64,000 bases of DNA from Vicinamibacterales bacterium (GCA_963784045.1 CAWAPZ010000011.1:21939-85938), one strand, 5' to 3'. Positions 50,604 to 59,795 are shown, numbered from the stretch's first letter. The notes: generated from the letters alone by a model not told the origin. Program-made: numbers and translations.

Positions 50604-51528
50604 TTAGTGTTTCTTGCCGAGCTTGACCGTCAGATAGGTCACCGACTTGCCTGGTTCGACCTCCCAGAAATGCGGCACGCCCGCCGGCGCCGACGCGATG
50701 TCGCCGGCCGCCAGCTTCTGGCGCGTCACATTGCCCACGATCTCGCCGCCTCGCACCTCTCCGTCAGCGGCTTCCTTGCCGCCTTCCAGTTTGTCGCCGT
50801 AGCGGATGGTCACTTCGCCATCGAGGACAAAATACAGAATCCGCCCAGTTCTTGTGCAGTTCTGCGCTGGCCGAGCTCTTCGCGCGATGGCTGATGTTCT
50901 GGAACTGATGATCTCCGCGGTGCACGGACGGGAACTTTATCGTCTCGCCTTTTTTTAATGTTTCGACGAACGCCTTCAGGTCCGCAGCTTTGTAGTGGAC
51001 GAACTGCGTGGGTGTCGAAGTTGAGGTGTAGAGATTCGGCTGCTTCAGGACCTTGACGGTCATGTAGGTCACCGTCTTGCCAGGCTCCACTTCCCACCAG
51101 TGAGGCACACCTGCGGCAGAAGATGCGATGTCGCCGGCGGAGAGCCGAACGACCTTTGCGCCGTTAATCTTCCCGCCGCCGAATTCACCGGAGCCGGGAG
51201 TGCGCTCGGTGCCGCTCTCGAGCGTGCCGCCGGTGTGGTGCAGCACCTCGCCGTCGACGATGTAGTAGAGATCGGCATAGTTGTTGTGCATCTCGGGTCC
51301 CGCCGTGCTCTTCGCGCGGAAGTTGAAGCTCTGGAACTCGTGATCGCCGCGGTTGAGGCGGTTGAACTTGATCTGTCCCCCGCCTTTCACCGTGTTGTTG
51401 AGTGCCATGATGTCGGCGGCGGGGTAGTAGGCGAACTTCATCGGTGTGACGGGCGGTGCCTGAGGGGCCTGAGCCGTGGCCATCGCCACGCAGAGAAGGA
51501 GACCAGAAGCGACGACCAGAATTTTCAT
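50604..51528 (-). pseudogene. Secreted two-domain cupin-like protein, frameshifted near 50839-50840
   Basis: ATG 51528 follows GGAGG, with signal peptide MKILVVASGLLLCVAMATAQA. Domain 1 is ..NNYADLYYIVDGEVL..AGVPHWWEVEPGKTVTYMTVKV. Domain 2 breaks at ..HKNWAD and resumes in ORF 50604..50813 as (L)YFVLDGEVTIRYGD..AGVPHFWEVEPGKSVTYLTVKL. There is one extra T in gcggattctgtat. Confidence 0.75.
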
Positions 51529-51553
51529 GCGTACCTCCGCGCGCACTATAGGA

Positions 51554-53653
51554 CTACTTCAGGAGTTTTCGCAAATCCACGCCGTTCGACCCCAGGAGCG
51601 GCGCCCAGAGATCCCCGACCTTGGCAAGCCGATCGGGCAGCGTACGGATCGTGAAATCGCGGGGATCGATCCCCTCGTCCACCTCCTTCCAGGTCAGCGG
51701 CGTCGACGCCCCGGCATACTCGCTCGCGCGCGCGCTGTAGGCGCACGCGAGCGACTTGCCTTCGATGTTCTGGAGGTAGTCGACGTACACCTTCCGGCCG
51801 CGCGCCCTCACGGTGCGCATCACGGTGGCGACCTTCGGGTGCTGTTCCGCGACGACAGTCGCCACGATCTGACAGAAGATTTGCCCGGCCTCATAGGGTG
51901 TGCCTTCGCGGAGCGGAATGAAAATGTGCAACCCGCTGGCGCCGGATGTCTTCGGGTAGCCGGTCACCGTCAACTTTTCCAGCGCATCGCGCGTCCACCG
52001 CGCGACGTCGAGCACGGCGGCGAACGTCACGCCTGGCATTGGGTCGAGATCGATCGCGCACTGATCCGCAAAGTGCGGCGACGCCACGCGCGAAAACCAG
52101 GGATCCTGCGAGATGGCCGCAAGTTGCGTCATGTACAGCAGGGTGACGAGGTCGCCGCCGATCGGCCGGCTCGCCACGCTGTCGCCCGGTACGTTCGCGA
52201 CTCTGACGCCGGGGGGAATCTTCTCGGGGGCCTTGTGCTGGTAGAACGGCTCGCCCTCAATGCCGTTCGGGTACCGCTTCATGATCAGCGGGCGATGATC
52301 CACGACGGGGAGGATGTAAGGCGCCACGCGAACGTAGTAACGCATCAGATCGCCCTTGGTAATCTTCAGCTTCGGCCAGAACACCTTTCGAAGATTGCTC
52401 ACCTCGAGTGTGTGTCCATCGGGCAGCCGCAACGTCCCAGAGCCGGGCCCGCGCTCGAGTTCCTCGAGCTGCTGAACGAGCGCCTCGAACGCGCCGGCCG
52501 ACCTGGCGGACCTGAAGGTCGGCACTACGTTTTCTGGCGTGATGGTCGGCAATACGTTTTCCTTAGTCCCCGTCGCCGTCGCACGCCTTGGACTCTTCTG
52601 ACTCTCACGACTCTGACGACTCTTCGGACTCCCACGACCCTTCGGACTCTCAGGCCTCTTCGGCACCTCTTTTTTCACGTCCTCCGGTTTCACATCGTCC
52701 CTCATGCCGAGATAAATAGGATGGCGAAGCAGCCCATCGTCGGTCCATTCGGTGAATTTGAGCTGCGCTACCAAAAAGGGTTTCGTCCAATGCGGCCGCT
52801 CGTTGGTCCGGGGCCGCGTCGTGAACGGCGACGCCGCAACTTCCAGCGGCTTCAGCAGTCGAATGACGCGCTCGAGCTCGCGCTGATTGAACCCGCTGCC
52901 CGTGTGGCCGGCGTACTTCAGTCCGCCTCCTTCGTAGTAACCCAGCAGCAGCGCGCCGAAGGGCCGATCAGCCGTGCGCGAGTCGGTCCATCCGCCGACA
53001 ACGAACTCCTGCTCCTGGACGATCTTGATCTTCCTCCAGTCGCGGGTACGCTTGCCGCTGTGATACACCGAGTGCGCCTCTTTGGCGATGAGCCCTTCCC
53101 ATCCGTGGCCGAGCGCGTGCTGAAAGAGCTCGCGCGCATCGCCGGGGACGACGTCGCTCAGCCGCAAAATTGGCGAGCCTGTGTTACGAAACACGCGCTC
53201 CAGACGGCCTCGCCGCTCATCCAGGGGCGCCGGCCGAAGGTCCTCGTCGCGGTCTCGCAGGATGTCGAACGCAATCAGCGCAACACGTCCGGCAGCAGCC
53301 GCCCTGTTCGACTCTGTCAGGTGTATGCGGTTCTGCAGCCGCTGAAAACCCGCAGGTTCCCCGTTCTCGTCGAGCGCGACGATCTCGCCGTCGAGCACGA
53401 CAGGACCGTGCAGTTTTTTCGCGAAGCGTGACAAGGCGGCGACGAGGTCGGGAAATTGCGCGGTTTTGTCGTTGCCGAGCCGCGACCAGATCTGCACCGG
53501 CGCGCGGCGTCCCGGAACAACTTCCACGAGCGCGCGGATGCCGTCGTACTTGGGTTCGTAGACCAGTCCAGCGGATTGGAGCGGCGCTGTTTCGAGGGTG
53601 GCCAGCATCGGGCGCACCGAGTGCATGTCGCCGCGCCACTTCGCCGTCGGCAT
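51554..53653 (-). CDS. ligD: DNA ligase D (ATP-dependent ligase domain + primase-polymerase domain; no PE domain)
   Basis: N-terminal ligase with motif I (EPKYDGIR), a low-complexity linker, then a LigD-Pol domain (..LEVSNLRKVFWP..TKGDLMRYY..YPNGIEGEPFYQH..DLDP..SGASGLHIF..). 699 aa. Confidence 0.9.
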   Translation of the reverse strand: MPTAKWRGDMHSVRPMLATLETAPLQSAGLVYEPKYDGIRALVEVVPGRRAPVQIWSRLGNDKTAQFPDLVAALSRFAKKLHGPVVLDGEIVALDENGEPAGFQRLQNRIHLTESNRAAAAGRVALIAFDILRDRDEDLRPAPLDERRGRLERVFRNTGSPILRLSDVVPGDARELFQHALGHGWEGLIAKEAHSVYHSGKRTRDWRKIKIVQEQEFVVGGWTDSRTADRPFGALLLGYYEGGGLKYAGHTGSGFNQRELERVIRLLKPLEVAASPFTTRPRTNERPHWTKPFLVAQLKFTEWTDDGLLRHPIYLGMRDDVKPEDVKKEVPKRPESPKGRGSPKSRQSRESQKSPRRATATGTKENVLPTITPENVVPTFRSARSAGAFEALVQQLEELERGPGSGTLRLPDGHTLEVSNLRKVFWPKLKITKGDLMRYYVRVAPYILPVVDHRPLIMKRYPNGIEGEPFYQHKAPEKIPPGVRVANVPGDSVASRPIGGDLVTLLYMTQLAAISQDPWFSRVASPHFADQCAIDLDPMPGVTFAAVLDVARWTRDALEKLTVTGYPKTSGASGLHIFIPLREGTPYEAGQIFCQIVATVVAEQHPKVATVMRTVRARGRKVYVDYLQNIEGKSLACAYSARASEYAGASTPLTWKEVDEGIDPRDFTIRTLPDRLAKVGDLWAPLLGSNGVDLRKLLK
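52508..52671. repeat. In-frame repeats inside the LigD linker: two 27-nt REP-like units plus a 9-nt tandem array (about 9 copies)
   Basis: ggacctgaaggtcggcactacg (52508-52529) and tgatggtcggcaatacgttttc (52540-52561) are spaced 27 nt apart and encode ENVLPTITP/ENVVPTFRS. The 9-mers from 52591 to 52671 are gactcttct gactctcac gactctgac gactcttcg gactcccac gacccttcg gactctcag gcctcttcg gcacctctt. Confidence 0.85.
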
Positions 53654-53656
53654 CGG

Positions 53657-54376
53657 CTAATAGCTGAAGCGGTCGTTGAACCAGGGCTCGGCGGTATTTG
53701 AGTAGCCCCGCTCTTCCCAGAACCCTCGTTTGTCCTCTGCGAGAAACTCGATCTTCCTGATCCACTTGGCGCCCTTCCAGGCGTAGAGCTTCGGCGTAAT
53801 CATACGCACCGGACCGCCGTGCTCGCGCGCCAAGGGCCTGCCTTCCCACGTGTGCACGAGCAGCACATCGTCTTCGATGGCGCGCGCGAGCGGGACGTTG
53901 ACCGTGTAGGGGATGAAGCTTCCAGGAAGAAAATCGTAGCCTGTGCACAGGAGGTGCTGTGCGTTGTCTTGCGGCACGGCGAGCTCGGCAATCGTGCGGA
54001 ACCGCACGCCGCGCCAATGATTGTCGAGCCGGCTCCATGTTGTGACGCAGTGGAAGTCGCTCACGTCCTCGGCCTGCGGCAGCGCCATGAATTGCGCCCA
54101 GTCGAGCGTAACAGGATTGTCGACGAGGCCGCAGACCTCGAGCCTCCATCTGTCGAGTGGAACTTCAGGCTGCTCGCCGAGATCGAGGACGGGCCAGTTC
54201 TTGACCAGGTGCTGGCCAACAGGCACGAGCGGCATGCCGTGGCGGTTACTGGGTCCGGAACCTTCAGGCGCGGCGCCCTGAAACCGGACGTTTACGGTCT
54301 CGGGCCGCATCTCACGCTGACGCTCGATGTACCGCTGCCGGCGTTCGACAATCTCGCCGCTTCTGGAATCCGTCAC
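53657..54376 (-). CDS. Sulfite-oxidase-family molybdopterin-binding oxidoreductase (no signal peptide)
   Basis: GTG 54376 overlaps the upstream TAG (taGTG). ..WRLEVCGLVDNPVTLDW..DFHCVTTWSRLDNHWRGV..GGPVRMITPKLYAWKGAKWI is the Oxidored_molyb signature. Confidence 0.8.
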   Translation of the reverse strand: MTDSRSGEIVERRQRYIERQREMRPETVNVRFQGAAPEGSGPSNRHGMPLVPVGQHLVKNWPVLDLGEQPEVPLDRWRLEVCGLVDNPVTLDWAQFMALPQAEDVSDFHCVTTWSRLDNHWRGVRFRTIAELAVPQDNAQHLLCTGYDFLPGSFIPYTVNVPLARAIEDDVLLVHTWEGRPLAREHGGPVRMITPKLYAWKGAKWIRKIEFLAEDKRGFWEERGYSNTAEPWFNDRFSY

Positions 54377-55263
54377 TATCGTTTCAGGTTCGACAGCTGT
54401 TCCAGCGCGAGCAGCAGCGAGTGATATCCCAGACGCCCGTGCCCCTGAGATGTCAGCGCCACGTAGAACTGCCGCACAAGCGCGAGACCTGGCATGGCGA
54501 TGCCCATACGCCGGCATTCGTCCAGCGCGATACCAAGGTCTTTTTCGAAGTGCTCGACGAAGAAACCGGGATCGAAATTGCGATTCACCATTTTCGGCGC
54601 CAGGTTGTCGAGAATCCAGCACTGTGCCGCTCCTTTGCTGACCGAGCTCAGCATGGTCGGCAGATCGAGCCCCGCTTTGTAGCCATAGAGCAGGCTTTCG
54701 CAGACCCCGATGATGGTGCCGGCGAGGACGATCTGGTTGCACATCTTCGTGTGCTGGCCGTTGCCTGGGCCGCCCTGATGCACGATGTTCTTGCCCATCG
54801 CCTGGAAGAGCGGCATCACGCGCTCGACGGCATCGGTGTCGCCGCCGACCATGATCGAGAGCGTGGCATTCCGCGCGCCGACGTCGCCGCCTGACACAGG
54901 CGCATCGACGGCGGACGCGCCTTTCGCCTTCGCCGCGTCATAAATCTCGCGCGCCAGGCTGGGCTCGGTCGTCGTCATATCGACGGTAATGCTGCCTTTC
55001 TTCACCGCGTCGAGGATGCCGCCCTTCTGCTGGTAGACCTCGCGAACATCGCTCGGCAGTCCGACGATCGTAAAGATGATGTCCGACCGTTTCGCGACTG
55101 CTCCCGGTGTGTCGGCCCATTCCGCGCCTTTATCGAGCAGGCTCTGCGCCCGCGATTTCGTGCGGCTGTAGATCGTGGTGGGATAGCCCTTGTCGATCAA
55201 GTGGCCACACATCGAGATGCCCATTACGCCCGTGCCAACCCAACCAATACGCGTTTCGCTCAT
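54376..55263 (-). CDS. NAD(P)-dependent oxidoreductase, 3-hydroxyisobutyrate dehydrogenase family
   Basis: ATG 55263 follows AAGGAG. Carries IGWVGTGVMGISM, DAPVSGGDVGA and GNGQHTKMCNQ. The longer track ORF (to 55545) has an implausible Arg-rich extension. Confidence 0.85.
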   Translation of the reverse strand: MSETRIGWVGTGVMGISMCGHLIDKGYPTTIYSRTKSRAQSLLDKGAEWADTPGAVAKRSDIIFTIVGLPSDVREVYQQKGGILDAVKKGSITVDMTTTEPSLAREIYDAAKAKGASAVDAPVSGGDVGARNATLSIMVGGDTDAVERVMPLFQAMGKNIVHQGGPGNGQHTKMCNQIVLAGTIIGVCESLLYGYKAGLDLPTMLSSVSKGAAQCWILDNLAPKMVNRNFDPGFFVEHFEKDLGIALDECRRMGIAMPGLALVRQFYVALTSQGHGRLGYHSLLLALEQLSNLKR

Positions 55264-55543
55264 AAGCTCCTTGGTTCCGAGAGATCGATCGACCATGGCC
55301 ACACTTCTCCGCACGCCCGGCAGTGGCACCACCGTACGACGCGGCTGCTCGAGAGACCCTGCACTTCCCGAGTCTTTCCGCAACTCGGGCAGATCAATGG
55401 ATGAGGCAAATCGCTCGCGCGCCGTCCGCCGCGAGGTATCGTCCGGCGGTCCAGTTGATTCGGGTTGCGGCGATCGCTGATTGCGTCCATGCTTCGCAGA
55501 CATATTATTCCGGCGGACTGCGGAATAGAAGCGGCGACTCCAC

Positions 55544-56896
55544 ATGGATCAATTCGAACGGGAAGTGGTTTCCGATCTCGACGAGCAGACCGACGACCGC
55601 GCCGAGGCGCGCGGCAAGATCCCGCTGCACGTGCGCATCCTATTGGGGCTGGCCGCCGGAGCGGTGCTCGGCAGCGCCGCGCGCGAGATTCTTGGTCCCG
55701 ATTCGCCGTTGCTCGCGTCGGCAATCAGACACGTCGCTGAGCCGGTAGGCCAGCTGTTTCTGCGCTCGCTGCTGATGACGGTGGTCCCGCTCGTCGTCTC
55801 GTCGCTGGTCGTCGGTGTGGCGGGCATCGGCGACGTGCGCCGCCTGGGACGCGTGGGCGTGCGCACGGTGCTGTTCTGCCTTGCCATTTCACTGGTTTCG
55901 GTCTTTCTGGGCATCTTCCTTGCCAACACGGTGCGTCCGGGACTGCGGCTCGATCCTGCGACCCGCGATCTCCTGATGGCGGAATTCGCCGCCCAGTCCA
56001 AACAGGTGGCTGCCAGCCCCAGCGCCGCAAGCGAGTCGCCCGTGATGTCGTTTGTACGCTCGCTCGTCCCCGCGAACCCGCTCGAGTCGATGGCCCGCTC
56101 GACACCTGACATGATCGGCATCATGTTTTTCTCGATTGTGTTCGGCGCAGCGCTCACGCTCGTCTCTCGCGAGAGTGCGGCGCCCGTCATCGCGGTGCTC
56201 GACGGGGTCTTCAAAGTAGTGGCGAAGATCATCGACATCGTCATGAAGATCGCGCCTGTGGGCGTCGCGTGTCTGCTGTTTGCCATGACCGCGCGTTTCG
56301 GGTTCGGCTTTCTCGTCAGCCTCGGCTGGTATGTCGTGACGGTGCTCGGCGGATTGGCGTTCCACATGTTCGTGGTCTACGGAGCCGCGCTCAAATTCGG
56401 GGCCCGGGTCTCTCCCGTCGAGTTCTTCCGGCGTGCGCGCACGGTGATGCTCACCGCGTTTTCGACGAGCTCGTCGAACGCGACACTGCCAACCGCCCTG
56501 CGCGTCTCGGAATCGAACCTCGGCGTGCCGCGGGAAATCGGCGCGTTCGTGCTGACGGTTGGCGCGACGGCCAATCAGAATGGGACGGCATTGTACGAAG
56601 GGGTGACGGTCCTTTTTCTGGCGCAGCTGGCGGGCGTGGATCTCACGCTCGCGCAACAGCTGATGATCGTCTACCTGGCGGTGCTCGGCAGTATCGGCAC
56701 GGCCGGCGTGCCGGCCGGCTCGCTGCCATTCGTCGTCGGCGTGCTCGCCATGGTCGGCATTCCGACACAGCTCATCGCGATCATCATCGGCGTCGATCGG
56801 CTGCTCGACATGACGCGAACGGTCGTGAACGTGATGGGCGATCTGACCGCGACGGTATACGTCGCGAAGAAGGAAGGAGCCACGCTGCAGATCTGA
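55544..56896 (+). CDS. Dicarboxylate/amino acid:cation symporter (DAACS, GltP/DctA-like)
   Basis: 450 aa, polytopic, with TAFSTSSSNATLP and ..VGATANQNGTALYEG.., typical SDF-family motifs. Confidence 0.85.
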   Translation: MDQFEREVVSDLDEQTDDRAEARGKIPLHVRILLGLAAGAVLGSAAREILGPDSPLLASAIRHVAEPVGQLFLRSLLMTVVPLVVSSLVVGVAGIGDVRRLGRVGVRTVLFCLAISLVSVFLGIFLANTVRPGLRLDPATRDLLMAEFAAQSKQVAASPSAASESPVMSFVRSLVPANPLESMARSTPDMIGIMFFSIVFGAALTLVSRESAAPVIAVLDGVFKVVAKIIDIVMKIAPVGVACLLFAMTARFGFGFLVSLGWYVVTVLGGLAFHMFVVYGAALKFGARVSPVEFFRRARTVMLTAFSTSSSNATLPTALRVSESNLGVPREIGAFVLTVGATANQNGTALYEGVTVLFLAQLAGVDLTLAQQLMIVYLAVLGSIGTAGVPAGSLPFVVGVLAMVGIPTQLIAIIIGVDRLLDMTRTVVNVMGDLTATVYVAKKEGATLQI

Positions 56897-57025
56897 ATCT
56901 GATAACTAGAATCTGAAAACTAGGATCTGAGTCTTCAGCGTAGATTCTAGACTTCAGTTTCCAAGATTCTAGATTTCTGCGTAAGTAAGAGTTTCCAGAT
57001 TCTAGATTTCTGCGTAAGTAAGAAG
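56897..57025. repeat. AT-rich tandem repeats (7/14-nt units, then a ~34-nt tandem duplication) between the symporter stop and tRNA-His
   Basis: gaatctgataacta gaatctgaaaacta ggatctg.., then tttccaagattctagatttctgcgtaagtaagag followed by tttccagattctagatttctgcgtaagtaagaag. It starts on the base after the TGA at 56894-56896. Confidence 0.8.
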
Positions 57026-57101
57026 TGGGGTGAGTGACGGGGATTGAACCCGCGACTACCGGCGCCACAGGCCGGTGCTCTACCACTGAGCTACACTCAC
57101 C
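57026..57101 (-). tRNA. tRNA-His (anticodon GTG) with encoded G-1 and CCA
   Basis: Reverse complement G GTGAGTG TA GCTC AGTGGTA GAGC A CCGGC CTGTGGC GCCGG TAGTC GCGGG TTCAATC CCCGT CACTCAC C CCA. Confidence 0.9.
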
Positions 57102-57137
57102 ACAAGAGCGACAATCCCTGATTGTACAACAGAGAAC

Positions 57138-57159
57138 TGCGGAGGCGGGGGATCGAACC
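57138..57159 (-). other. Isolated tRNA 3'-end fragment (T-loop + acceptor 3' strand)
   Basis: Reverse complement is GG TTCGATC CCCCG CCTCCGC A. No matching D or anticodon arms lie upstream. It abuts the heptamer array. Confidence 0.4.
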
Positions 57160-57251
57160 TGAAATCTAAAATCTATAATCTGAAATCTATGATCTGAAAT
57201 CTGGAATCTGGTTCGGCAGATTCCAGATTCCAGATCTTAGATTTTAGTTCC
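57154..57251. repeat. Opposed heptamer blocks (AAATCTR x8 / AGATTYY x5) forming a long hairpin candidate
   Basis: Left block: gaacctg aaatcta aaatcta taatctg aaatcta tgatctg aaatctg gaatctg. Centre: gttcggc. Right block: agattcc agattcc agatctt agatttt agttcct. It ends 8 nt from the fdxA stop. Confidence 0.9.
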
Positions 57252-57258
57252 TGAAGGC

Positions 57259-57627
57259 TTACGAATGCGCGGCCGCGCGCTCTTTGCCGGGAATCGCCAT
57301 CAACTCGGGATGCGCTGCCACGTGCGCCGCTACGATCGCTTCGGCCTGCGCCATCGCATCCGCATCGCCGTTGCGATAGATGGTGTTGGCCTCGATCAGG
57401 TCCTTCTGGCTCGCGGGCGTCGAATCGTGGCTGTCGTAGATCGCCGCGACGGGGCACGCAGGGACGCACGCGCCGCAGTCGATGCACTCTTCAGGATGAA
57501 TGTAGAGCATGTTCATCGCTGCGAATTCCGGTTCGTCCTTGCGCGGATGAATGCAGTCTACGGGACACACGTCCACGCATGCCGTGTCTTTTGTTTCGAT
57601 ACAAGGGTCCGTTATCACGAAAGGCAT
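57259..57627 (-). CDS. fdxA: 7Fe-type ferredoxin
   Basis: ATG 57627 follows GGAGGA. Sequence is MPFVITDPCIETKDTACVDVCPVDCIH..EECIDCGACVPACPV. Confidence 0.9.
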   Translation of the reverse strand: MPFVITDPCIETKDTACVDVCPVDCIHPRKDEPEFAAMNMLYIHPEECIDCGACVPACPVAAIYDSHDSTPASQKDLIEANTIYRNGDADAMAQAEAIVAAHVAAHPELMAIPGKERAAAHS

Positions 57628-57871
57628 CGTCTTCCTCCAAAGTGTCCGCCAAGCGATGAGAGCGTTGCGACGGCCACTGATTCTACTTGCGAAGGTCGCA
57701 CGCAGCAATCCCACCGTCGAGCGCCCGCGAAAACTCGACAAGCGCGAACCGCGGAGCGCTTTTGCGGACCGCAGTAAGTATCGATTTGTCAAACATTTAG
57801 CGGCAAGTGTCTGGTAGCGGCGCTGTCAGCGTGAGGACCCCACGCGTTAAAATCACCGCGGAGGGTTTTAC

Positions 57872-58399
57872 TTGCGCACTACACGATACGCGATGACGGC
57901 AGCTGCCGTCTTTCTGGCATTCGCGAGTTCGGCGTCAGCCCAGGCGATGTTTACCGGTGCGATCGGAAACGTGTTTGGCGGGGATGCGCCGTCGACGAAA
58001 AAGGTGTGGTCGCTCGCGATCGGGGGCGGAGGCGCTCACGGCATCGGGTCGGAGCTGGAATATTCGCAGGTCGAAAATTTCTTCGAGACGGCGGGCGGAG
58101 TCGCGCATGGCAGGGTCATGACGCTGATGCCGAGTATCTTTGTCGCCATCCCCATCAACAGGGTGCGGCCCTATGGGATCTTCGGGTTTGGATTCATCCG
58201 GCAGCGAACTGAAGCCTCGGAAGGCGGATTGTTCTCGGGCCTGACAGATGACGACGTCGGCTATAGCGTGGGCGGCGGGGTGACGGTGTATTTCGCGCGG
58301 AGCGTCGGCGTGCGGGGTGACCTGCGGCACTTCAAGGTGCGCACGTCTAACGGCATCAGTTTCCAGCGTTTCACCGTGGGGCTGGTGCTGGGAGGGTAG
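57872..58399 (+). CDS. Small outer-membrane beta-barrel protein
   Basis: Signal peptide ..AFASSASAQA and alternating beta-strand pattern. It is 175 aa and ends ..FQRFTVGLVLGG. Confidence 0.65.
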   Translation: MRTTRYAMTAAAVFLAFASSASAQAMFTGAIGNVFGGDAPSTKKVWSLAIGGGGAHGIGSELEYSQVENFFETAGGVAHGRVMTLMPSIFVAIPINRVRPYGIFGFGFIRQRTEASEGGLFSGLTDDDVGYSVGGGVTVYFARSVGVRGDLRHFKVRTSNGISFQRFTVGLVLGG

Positions 58400-59290
58400 C
58401 TACTGGACCATGTATCCGCTGCGGGCACGCACAAACAATCCGGGCTTGCGGGCTCGCAGCACGAGCGCGTGCCAGCCTCGCGTAGTGCCAGGCTCGAAGG
58501 CGATCATGTACTGATGATGGAGCTCGCTGAGAAGCCGTTCCGTGGCTTCCAACATGCTGAGCGGGTCGCGAACGGCAAGCGCATCGCCGCCCGTCCACGC
58601 CGCGAGGTCGGCCATCGGTCCCATGATCGGTGCCTCCCGCACATCGGTGTCGTCGAGCGCGAATGCTATCACCAGCACATAAACCGGCACGTCGAGCGAG
58701 CTCGCGATCGCTGAGACATCCGACGGCTTGAGCGTGCTCGCCGAATCGACGCCATCGGTGATGACAACGAGCGCTCGCCGCCGCTGACGGTCCGAAATTT
58801 TCTGTGAGGTCTCCGCAATGGCGTCCCACAGCGATGTCGCGCCGTACGCCGTCGTCGAATTCCACACGGTTTCGGTCGCGGCAAAGGCGGATGAGAATGG
58901 CCGCACCTCCTTCAGCGCTGTGTCGAAGGAGTACAGGGCGACTTCGTCCGCGCCAGGCTTCAGGCCGGCCACGAGCATTGTCGCCGTTTCACGCGCTCTC
59001 ACCATCTTCGTCGACATGCTTCCACTCGCGTCCATCAGGATCGCGACACTCGCGGGGCTTGGCTCCGACCACACATTACTTAGCGACCGTTTCTGACCAT
59101 CGTCGTAAAGTTCGAAGTCAGTGCTCTTGAGATCCTTGACGAGGCGGCCGCGGGCGTCGCGCACCTGCGCTGCCACGGCGACCTGTTCGACACTGCTTTT
59201 GAACACCGCGATCGAGGGCTCCTGCGCGGCGGTGCCGGCAGCGAGGGCCGCGAGGAACGTCAACGAGAGAGAGACTCTGCGCATAAACAC
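58400..59290 (-). CDS. VWA domain protein (VWFA-related acidobacterial type)
   Basis: Carries a signal peptide. ..FELYDDGQKRSL..SVAILMDASGSM..YSFD..GATSLWDAI..ALVVITDGVDSAS is a MIDAS-containing VWA fold. Confidence 0.8.
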   Translation of the reverse strand: MFMRRVSLSLTFLAALAAGTAAQEPSIAVFKSSVEQVAVAAQVRDARGRLVKDLKSTDFELYDDGQKRSLSNVWSEPSPASVAILMDASGSMSTKMVRARETATMLVAGLKPGADEVALYSFDTALKEVRPFSSAFAATETVWNSTTAYGATSLWDAIAETSQKISDRQRRRALVVITDGVDSASTLKPSDVSAIASSLDVPVYVLVIAFALDDTDVREAPIMGPMADLAAWTGGDALAVRDPLSMLEATERLLSELHHQYMIAFEPGTTRGWHALVLRARKPGLFVRARSGYMVQ

Positions 59291-59365
59291 ACTGTCAGTT
59301 ATCAGACGGGTCCATTGTACCAGCCAGGGCCGTTGTACCAGCCCTGGCGTGAATCGATAGCAACC

Positions 59366-59545
59366 CTATTTCAGGTGGACCTTGTCAAGCGGCGGTGTAG
59401 GCGGGTTCTCGCCCGATCCTATCGGCTCGGTTCCACGCTTTTTTTCGGCCTTGTAATCAAAAAAGAACAACGGCACCCACAAGGCGACCATCAAACCCAC
59501 CGCCAGAAGAAAGCCGAGCATGAAGTCGAAGGTGATGTGCTCCAT
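59366..59545 (-). CDS. Small membrane protein (59 aa), below the ORF-track length cutoff
   Basis: My translation, after GGAGG, is MEHITFDFMLGFLLAVGLMVALWVPLFFFDYKAEKKRGTEPIGSGENPPTPPLDKVHLK*. Confidence 0.4.
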   Translation of the reverse strand: MEHITFDFMLGFLLAVGLMVALWVPLFFFDYKAEKKRGTEPIGSGENPPTPPLDKVHLK

Positions 59546-59725
59546 GGCCTCCGAGAGTGCATAAATCGGTCCTGTTTGATTGAGGCGAATTTATCCCTGC
59601 GCATACGGTTAAGTGTTGTATTTTTGGTCACCGTCGGCTCGCCGACATCGTCAGCAATCGCGCGCTTCAGCGGCGGAAGCCGGGCAAAGCCGCATGGTGT
59701 GATACGCGGGCGGTATTTAGACCGA

Positions 59726-59755
59726 TTGGCAGAATTTCGCCGTTTATGGCACAAT
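59726..59755 (+). promoter_or_regulatory. Candidate sigma-70-like promoter for the DEAD-box helicase gene
   Basis: TTGGCA (59726-59731), an 18-nt spacer, then CACAAT (59750-59755), in an AT-richer stretch. This is pattern matching only. Confidence 0.2.
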
Positions 59756-59795
59756 CAAGGGGTCACCAGCTTTTTCGTCAAACAGCCAGCCCATC

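Noticed and set aside
51476-53431. 651-aa plus-strand ORF
   Set aside because: It is antisense to ligD. It is Arg-rich with no motifs.
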